This document shows positions 27,874 through 33,455 of a DNA stretch of 33,455 bases, piece by piece (position 1 is the stretch's first letter; each line of letters opens with the position of its first letter). Position numbers and translations under genes: made by a program. The notes under the pieces were generated by a model. The model made no database searches, was not told where the DNA came from, and worked only from the letters and a program-made list of their open reading frames with translations. The DNA is from an uncultured Methanosarcinales archaeon (GTDB taxonomy: Archaea; Nanobdellota; Nanobdellia; Woesearchaeales; CAZOXR01), in contig CAZMIO010000012.1 of assembly GCA_964566535.1 (NCBI GenBank), positions 1 through 33,455 of the forward strand, written 5' to 3'.

Positions 27874-28590
27874 ATGGACGTATCAATAGTATTACCGACC
27901 TATAACGAGAAAGAAAACCTCAAGATCTTAATCCCTAAGATAGAAACTACCTTTAAAGACATCAACCATGAAATTATTATAGTGGATGATAGTAGTCCAG
28001 ACGGAACAGAGGAATTCATCCATTCGCTAAAAAACAAAAATATTAATCTGATTATCAGGAAAAAAAAAGAAGGTATAGGTGCTGCCCTAAGGGATGGATA
28101 TTTTGCCGCAAAAAACAAAATAATTCTTTCATCAGATTCAGACCTTAGCTTTGAAGTTGAAGATATGTTGAAGTTAATAAAAAGAATAAACGAAGGATAT
28201 GACCTTGTCGTGGGAACTAGACACAAGATTGACGGTAATTATGAGGCAAAACAATCAAGCACCCAACTAAAACATTTCATAAGTAAGTTAGGGAATAGCC
28301 TTGTAAGATTCATAACTGGCGTTAATCTTACTGACTTCTCTGCAAATTTCAGGGCAATAAAAAAAGATGTCTTTCATAAATTAGTTTTGAAAGAGAAAAC
28401 AAACACAATACTACTTGAGATGATACTAAAAACAAAATATAATGGATTTAAGGTAGGGGAGATCCCAGTTGTTTTTAAAGAAAGGATGTTTGGGGAATCT
28501 AAACTCAACCTTTATATGGAATCTCCTAAATTCTTCATAAAATTGTTGAAGTTTGTATTTTTACATCGAGTACTAAAAAGAAAAGATTAA
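27874..28590 (+). CDS. GT2 glycosyltransferase, dolichol-phosphate mannosyltransferase (DPM1)-like
   Basis: VLPTYNEKENL, VDDSSPDGT, SDSDLS, TDFSANFRA, FKERMFGESKL. Confidence 0.92.
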   Translation: MDVSIVLPTYNEKENLKILIPKIETTFKDINHEIIIVDDSSPDGTEEFIHSLKNKNINLIIRKKKEGIGAALRDGYFAAKNKIILSSDSDLSFEVEDMLKLIKRINEGYDLVVGTRHKIDGNYEAKQSSTQLKHFISKLGNSLVRFITGVNLTDFSANFRAIKKDVFHKLVLKEKTNTILLEMILKTKYNGFKVGEIPVVFKERMFGESKLNLYMESPKFFIKLLKFVFLHRVLKRKD

Positions 28591-28638
28591 TGATTAATCG
28601 CTCAAATTGGGCATTCAACTAAAACAGACAAACAAGAA

Positions 28639-29880
28639 ATGAATCACCACATTAAATCTCTGAGATATATTGGTATTATGATTTTATTAGCCATATTGTC
28701 GCTAGTTATAATAAGATGGACTGGAACAGGCGAACAAGAACTAAACTACAACATTAAAATATTGATGTGTGTAGGTATACTAACTTTATTCACTATATTG
28801 CTATTATTTATAATAAATCCTAAAAAATTTATAAACCATCTAGTTTCAAATTATAAGAACTACATAGTTTTATTCTCAACAATAATCATACTTTTGTTTA
28901 TCTCTGAATTGAGTTTATCTCTTTTTTCCTTAATGAGGTCATCCCAAGAGGAGAACATAAGTTCCTATTATGTGGAGAACCATGAGTTCAACTATACAGT
29001 TTATTTGAATAGTGATCATTTTAGGGATGGTGAATTTAGTAAAGAGAAAAGAAGTGATACATTTAGAATTTTCCTAATAGGCGACTCCTTCGTATTTGGC
29101 GCAGGGGTCAAACAAGAAAACACATTTGATAACCTCCTAGAGAAAAAATGCAGAAATGTTAATTGTGATGTATTTAATTTGGGCATAGCAGGGATAAGTC
29201 CTTCCGACTATCTCAAAATAGCTAAACAATTCAAAGACTACGATCCAGATTTAGTGATATTATCCTTATATGTTGGGAACGATATAGAAACAGAGACTAG
29301 TTTTTTATCTAAAGTTACCACTTGGCTCAATTCATTACAAATTGTTAAATATATCTCAAGTTTTGACTTGCATAACTGTTCTTATCCCTGGGTGAAGGAC
29401 TACAATATAGATAAGTTCTATGAAGATCTCATGTGTTCGGGCAGAATAAATCCTTGGATAACTCCCGGGTTAGTATTAAATAGAGAAGAGTCATTTAAGT
29501 CATTAGTCACAATATTTGATAGTGACCCAACTACAAAAAATAATATGATGGCCATAAAAGAGACGTACAAAACTGTCCCATTTATACTGTTGATAAATCC
29601 ATCAAAATTCCAGATTAATGATGTCTATTTCAAAGAATATGCAAAAATGGGATTTACTGTAAATGGAAGGGTTGTAGGTAGGGAAATGCAGGACGTCATA
29701 ATCTCATGGGCAAATAAGAACAAAATAGACTATATAGACCTCTATCCAAGAATAAAGGGGGATTTAAATGAGTCATTTTATTACAATATTGATGGCCACT
29801 ATAATGATAGGGGGAACTACTTAGTCGTAGAAGAAATCTACAATCAGCTAGAAAAGAAGGGACTAATAAAAAACACATAG
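28639..29880 (+). CDS. Membrane-anchored SGNH/GDSL hydrolase-fold protein (possible O-acetyl transferase/esterase)
   Basis: Three N-terminal TM helices, GDSF block I, NLGIAG block II, GND block III, DGHYN block V. Confidence 0.85.
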   Translation: MNHHIKSLRYIGIMILLAILSLVIIRWTGTGEQELNYNIKILMCVGILTLFTILLLFIINPKKFINHLVSNYKNYIVLFSTIIILLFISELSLSLFSLMRSSQEENISSYYVENHEFNYTVYLNSDHFRDGEFSKEKRSDTFRIFLIGDSFVFGAGVKQENTFDNLLEKKCRNVNCDVFNLGIAGISPSDYLKIAKQFKDYDPDLVILSLYVGNDIETETSFLSKVTTWLNSLQIVKYISSFDLHNCSYPWVKDYNIDKFYEDLMCSGRINPWITPGLVLNREESFKSLVTIFDSDPTTKNNMMAIKETYKTVPFILLINPSKFQINDVYFKEYAKMGFTVNGRVVGREMQDVIISWANKNKIDYIDLYPRIKGDLNESFYYNIDGHYNDRGNYLVVEEIYNQLEKKGLIKNT

Positions 29881-29917
29881 AATAAATCACTAATCAGAGT
29901 AATACCCTGTCTCAAAC

Positions 29918-31345
29918 TCATTCTCTTTTAAAGATGGACTTAACCAGATTAATCTCTTCTTTTCCTACACCCTTAACCAGGTATAAAACAAGATAATAGA
30001 CTAAACCAGAAATAGGGATTAAAACCAATAAATGTAGAAAATTAAAGTAAGTAATAAACAAAGCCATACCAATACTAGCAATACCTACTTTTGGAACAAA
30101 TTTCAATATATTGAAACCATGACCACTCTTAGAGACAAAGTAAAAGAGAATAGAAAAGGCCAACCCCTCAGTCACTAAAGTTGAAATTGCCGCCCCAACA
30201 TAACTGTACTTACTAATCAATATATAATTCAATACTATATTAACAACTGCACAAAAAGCAGCAGTATACGTAAACAGTTTTTGTTTATCGATGGAATTAA
30301 GCAAATAGCCAGATAGCGAACTTACAAAAATTATCATCTCAGCCCAAATCAAGATTTGCAAGGCAATTATAGAGTTCTTAAATTGTTCAGTGTATACAAA
30401 AAGAATTATTCTATCTGCAAGCAAGGTAGTCCCAACTGCAATTGCTATTCCCAATGAAAATAAATAATAAAAAGAGTTACGATATACCTTTGATAGCGAA
30501 GCAATATCCTTTAGATGGAATTTTGACATTACAGGAAAAACAGCCATAATGACTGCCCCTGGAATGAAATATAGTGCATCAAGCATTTTGTATGATGCAC
30601 TGTACCACCCAACTGCTTCATAACCTTTCATCATGGACAACATCACACTATCAATTCTGAAATAAATTGTAACAAATAATATGGTGAACCAAAATGGAAG
30701 GGACTCTTTAAGTAAGACCTTCCAGAAATTTATATCCATCGATAACCTTATCTTAATAATTTTTTTGTTGACAATTATAGCTGAAATAATAAACACAAGT
30801 AAATAAGAGAATAAGAAGACAAGGATAAGTCCAATTAACTTTGCTCCAGCAGTCAAAATAGCAATACCAAGTCCAGCAGTAGCAATCCTCTCAACAATAT
30901 TTATGAGTGACATATATTCCATCTTCTCATAAGCTTGAAGCAAAGAACAGAATACCTCACCTATCCCTAAGAAAAAAGTTGCTATTGCAATGATATAAAT
31001 AGAAATTGTGACATCAGGACTTTTATTCACAAAATTTACAATAATAGCAGCAACAATTAGCACAACTACACTAAAGATAATTTTTAATGCCAGGATATTA
31101 CCTAGATACTGCTTCGTTTTTTCCTTATCTCTTGCAACATCCCGTACCATCAAAGTCTTCAATCCAAAATCGGTAAATATTGCAAATAATCCAATAAATG
31201 CAAAGATGAATGAATATTTACCCAACCCTACATCACCCAGATACCTGGCTATTGCTACAATTAAGAAGAAGGATAATACTCTCCCTATAACATCAGCTAT
31301 TAAAAGGAATGATGCATTTTTAAAGATAGTTTTTGCTGAAGACAT
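29918..31345 (-). CDS. MOP-superfamily oligosaccharide flippase (Wzx/AglR-like)
   Basis: ARYLG..GLGKYSF, DFGL, RIDSVML, VGWYSASY, NIVLNYILISKYSYVGAAISTLVTE, about 12-14 TM segments. Confidence 0.92.
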   Translation of the reverse strand: MSSAKTIFKNASFLLIADVIGRVLSFFLIVAIARYLGDVGLGKYSFIFAFIGLFAIFTDFGLKTLMVRDVARDKEKTKQYLGNILALKIIFSVVVLIVAAIIVNFVNKSPDVTISIYIIAIATFFLGIGEVFCSLLQAYEKMEYMSLINIVERIATAGLGIAILTAGAKLIGLILVFLFSYLLVFIISAIIVNKKIIKIRLSMDINFWKVLLKESLPFWFTILFVTIYFRIDSVMLSMMKGYEAVGWYSASYKMLDALYFIPGAVIMAVFPVMSKFHLKDIASLSKVYRNSFYYLFSLGIAIAVGTTLLADRIILFVYTEQFKNSIIALQILIWAEMIIFVSSLSGYLLNSIDKQKLFTYTAAFCAVVNIVLNYILISKYSYVGAAISTLVTEGLAFSILFYFVSKSGHGFNILKFVPKVGIASIGMALFITYFNFLHLLVLIPISGLVYYLVLYLVKGVGKEEINLVKSIFKRE

Positions 31346-31369
31346 GAAAGAAAAATAATAAACCTAAAC

Positions 31370-31377
31370 TTTATATA
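31370..31377. promoter_or_regulatory. Single TATA element centred between divergent genes
   Basis: TTTATATA on plus 22 nt before ATG 31400; the same bases read TATATAAA on minus 24 nt before ATG 31345. Confidence 0.5.
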
Positions 31378-31399
31378 TTCGATGGTTTTCATTCCCTAC

Positions 31400-32182
31400 A
31401 TGAAAATTTCAGCTTGTTTAGTAGTCTACAACGAGGAAAAACTAATAAAAAGGTGCCTTGAAAGTATTAAGGGCATAGTAGATGAAATCATAATAGTCCA
31501 TGATGGCCCTTGTAATGATGAAACTCTAAAAATTAGTAAGAAATATACTAATAGAATTTTCATCAGGGAAAGAATAGGGGAAGCAGAACCTCACCGTCCT
31601 TTCTGTCTTAATCAAGCAAAAGGAGAATGGGTACTTTCCATAGATGCGGATGAATATTTGTCATCTGAACTTAGAGATAAAATACCTACTCTAATCAAAA
31701 ATAATGAATTGGACGGTTTTAATTTCTTAAGCACAGTCTACTACAAAGGAAAAAGGGTTGTAAGGGGCCCAATTTCAAAATCTTATAAACTTATGCTCTT
31801 TCGTAGAAAAAGTGCGACCATAAGCGGGATAATCCATGACTGGTACAAAATCAATGGAAAAGTAAAAGACATTAACTTAATAGTTGAACATAAGCCAGAA
31901 ATTGATATGTTTAGTTATAGAATATTCATAAAAAAAGATTTAAAGTGGGCATATTTACAAGCTAAAAGATATATTGAGGAAGGCCAAGCAAAACACAATT
32001 TCCTTTTCTATAAAATAAAAGCTATTTTCCTGTTTCTTTTCATATTTTCCTACAATCTATTCTTCCGTCTTTTTTTTCTAAATGGGATCCTTGGAATAAA
32101 AGCAGCATTACTTCAAGGGATGTATAATTTCTATGTAAATTGGTATATTGGCGATATTATTATAAAAAAGAAAAGTACATAA
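31400..32182 (+). CDS. GT2 glycosyltransferase (beta-1,4-glucosyltransferase-like subgroup)
   Basis: KISACLVVYNEE, RCLESI, DEIIIV, WVLSIDADE, IHD. Start placed at 31400 (MKISACL) rather than 31382. Confidence 0.9.
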   Translation: MKISACLVVYNEEKLIKRCLESIKGIVDEIIIVHDGPCNDETLKISKKYTNRIFIRERIGEAEPHRPFCLNQAKGEWVLSIDADEYLSSELRDKIPTLIKNNELDGFNFLSTVYYKGKRVVRGPISKSYKLMLFRRKSATISGIIHDWYKINGKVKDINLIVEHKPEIDMFSYRIFIKKDLKWAYLQAKRYIEEGQAKHNFLFYKIKAIFLFLFIFSYNLFFRLFFLNGILGIKAALLQGMYNFYVNWYIGDIIIKKKST

Positions 32183-32193
32183 CCGCTGCCCTA

Positions 32194-33120
32194 CTATGTT
32201 TTCTTAAGATGCTGAATTAACTTCCCAAGTCCCTTATCCAATGATACCCTTTCTTTAAAATTAAAATATTTTTCACAGTTATCTTTTGAGGCTCTAAACA
32301 TAATATTCTCATTACTCACACCTTTGCTAATAATCCTTATATCTTCCTTCCCAAGTATTTTAGCTACTTCCATCACGAAATTATTTATGGAGATTTGTCT
32401 TCCAGTACATAAGTCAAAAGTAACATTCTTTATCTTTTCATCATTTATCATATTTATAATGCAATCAACAGTATCATCAACAAACATTATATCTATGATA
32501 TTTTCGCCATCTCCATATATCTCATAGTAATCTTCTCCTTCAAACAATAACTCTTTTATCAGCTTAGTAGTAATTTTTCTTGGCGGTTCATAAGGCCCAT
32601 ATGCACCAAAGAATCTGACAATGAGATAGTTCCCAACATTCCCTTTCTTCTGGAAAAACTGCACATACTGCTCAGAAGCTAACTTAGATATGGCATAAGG
32701 CAGCTTAGGATCAAGCGTAACCTCTGGATTAACCTCCCCTTCTAATCCATGATAAACAGCACCAGAAGAAAAATAAATAAACTTCCCAACCTCAATCCTA
32801 CTCAAAAAATTAACAACGGCACCAGAATTAGCTAGCATATCTTCCTTTGGATTTTGAACAGAAAAGTTAGGATCAGTATTTCCAGCTAGGTATACACATA
32901 CATCAAACTTACCACCAATCAACCCGAACAACTCCTCCACTGCCCCCTCACTAGATAAATCACAGCTATGAACCTTAACATTACTTAGTTGATTATCACT
33001 TACAATCCTATTCAACTCATCAACATTCCTCCCAATAGCTGTAACATCCCATTCTTTATTTAGGCTCAATAAAAGGTTTTTTCCAATAAAACCAGTTGCT
33101 CCTGTTACTATAATTTTCAT
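32194..33120 (-). CDS. NAD-dependent nucleotide-sugar epimerase/dehydratase/reductase (extended SDR)
   Basis: TGATGFIG, FSSGAVY, YAISK, RFFGAYGP, YGDG; GGAG upstream of the start. Confidence 0.88.
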   Translation of the reverse strand: MKIIVTGATGFIGKNLLLSLNKEWDVTAIGRNVDELNRIVSDNQLSNVKVHSCDLSSEGAVEELFGLIGGKFDVCVYLAGNTDPNFSVQNPKEDMLANSGAVVNFLSRIEVGKFIYFSSGAVYHGLEGEVNPEVTLDPKLPYAISKLASEQYVQFFQKKGNVGNYLIVRFFGAYGPYEPPRKITTKLIKELLFEGEDYYEIYGDGENIIDIMFVDDTVDCIINMINDEKIKNVTFDLCTGRQISINNFVMEVAKILGKEDIRIISKGVSNENIMFRASKDNCEKYFNFKERVSLDKGLGKLIQHLKKT

Positions 33121-33170
33121 TTTCTTTCAATAACTCCATTAAGGTAAATTAGCCAAAATTGTTGGGAATA

Positions 33171-33455
33171 TTACTTTTGGAGTAAAACTATCGTTTTATC
33201 TCCTTGACCAATTAGTTCAATAGTATGAAATACCCATTTCTTTATAAAATTTAATATAGGGTTATCAGAATGGTGAGCCATACTTGAATTCTTAACCTTA
33301 ACTATCTTAAACCTTTCATCCAATGATCTTAGTGATGATATTAATGTTTTTGTAGAGAAATGCCATACATTTTCTTCGTGCCATCCATACCATCTTCCTT
33401 TGATTATCCTTGGGAGCAATCCACTGCAATTAGAATCAGATATGCCCAAAATCCC
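33171..33455 (-). CDS. C-terminal part of a probable class I SAM-dependent methyltransferase, 5'-truncated by the window edge
   Basis: The frame is open to the window end (GILGISDSN...). GRWYGWHEENVWHFSTKTL resembles the W..H..xFS..TL tail of glycan-cluster methyltransferases; the SAM-binding motif is outside the window. Confidence 0.55.
   Translation of the reverse strand, partial: GILGISDSNCSGLLPRIIKGRWYGWHEENVWHFSTKTLISSLRSLDERFKIVKVKNSSMAHHSDNPILNFIKKWVFHTIELIGQGDKTIVLLQK

Noticed and set aside
602..32527. Numerous 60-175 aa antisense or alternate-frame ORFs (e.g. 16315-16842, 22315-22737, 7275-7628, 31008-31358)
   Set aside because: They are shadows of well-supported genes, carry no motifs, and are explained by strand-biased codon usage depleting stops.
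1..33455. Mobile-element, defence or phage genes
   Set aside because: No transposase, integrase, reverse transcriptase, nuclease or structural-protein motifs were recognised in any ORF.

Overview
AT-rich window fully occupied by a cell-surface glycosylation locus of about 28 genes in short, alternately oriented units, truncated at both ends. It is most likely archaeal: TTTAWAWA-type TATA boxes sit 22-29 nt before many start codons, implying leaderless mRNAs. A DPANN/Woesearchaeota-like origin is plausible but cannot be proven from the window. It encodes nucleotide-sugar enzymes (UDP-glucuronate decarboxylase, Gmd, three further SDR-type epimerases/reductases, a Gfo/Idh/MocA oxidoreductase, and a DegT-family protein with hallmarks of the E1/RfbH 3-dehydrase). 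It also encodes six GT2 (five Dol-P-Man-synthase-like), one GT4, four multi-pass GT-C proteins, two flippase-type proteins, an AsnB-like amidotransferase, an SGNH protein, a partial methyltransferase and five radical SAM enzymes (four with cobalamin-binding-type architecture, one SPASM/twitch). Main points of interest: (i) repeated [sugar-modifying enzyme + lipid-phosphate GT2 + GT-C] modules with embedded B12-radical SAMs, (ii) a ~290-bp structured tandem/inverted repeat element at 20225-20515 with a compensatory base change, abutting a promoter, (iii) the His/Cys-cluster E1-like enzyme, and (iv) one TATA box apparently shared by two divergent genes. No rRNA, tRNA, CRISPR array or transposase was recognised. 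All calls come from motif reading by eye; no database searches were run.
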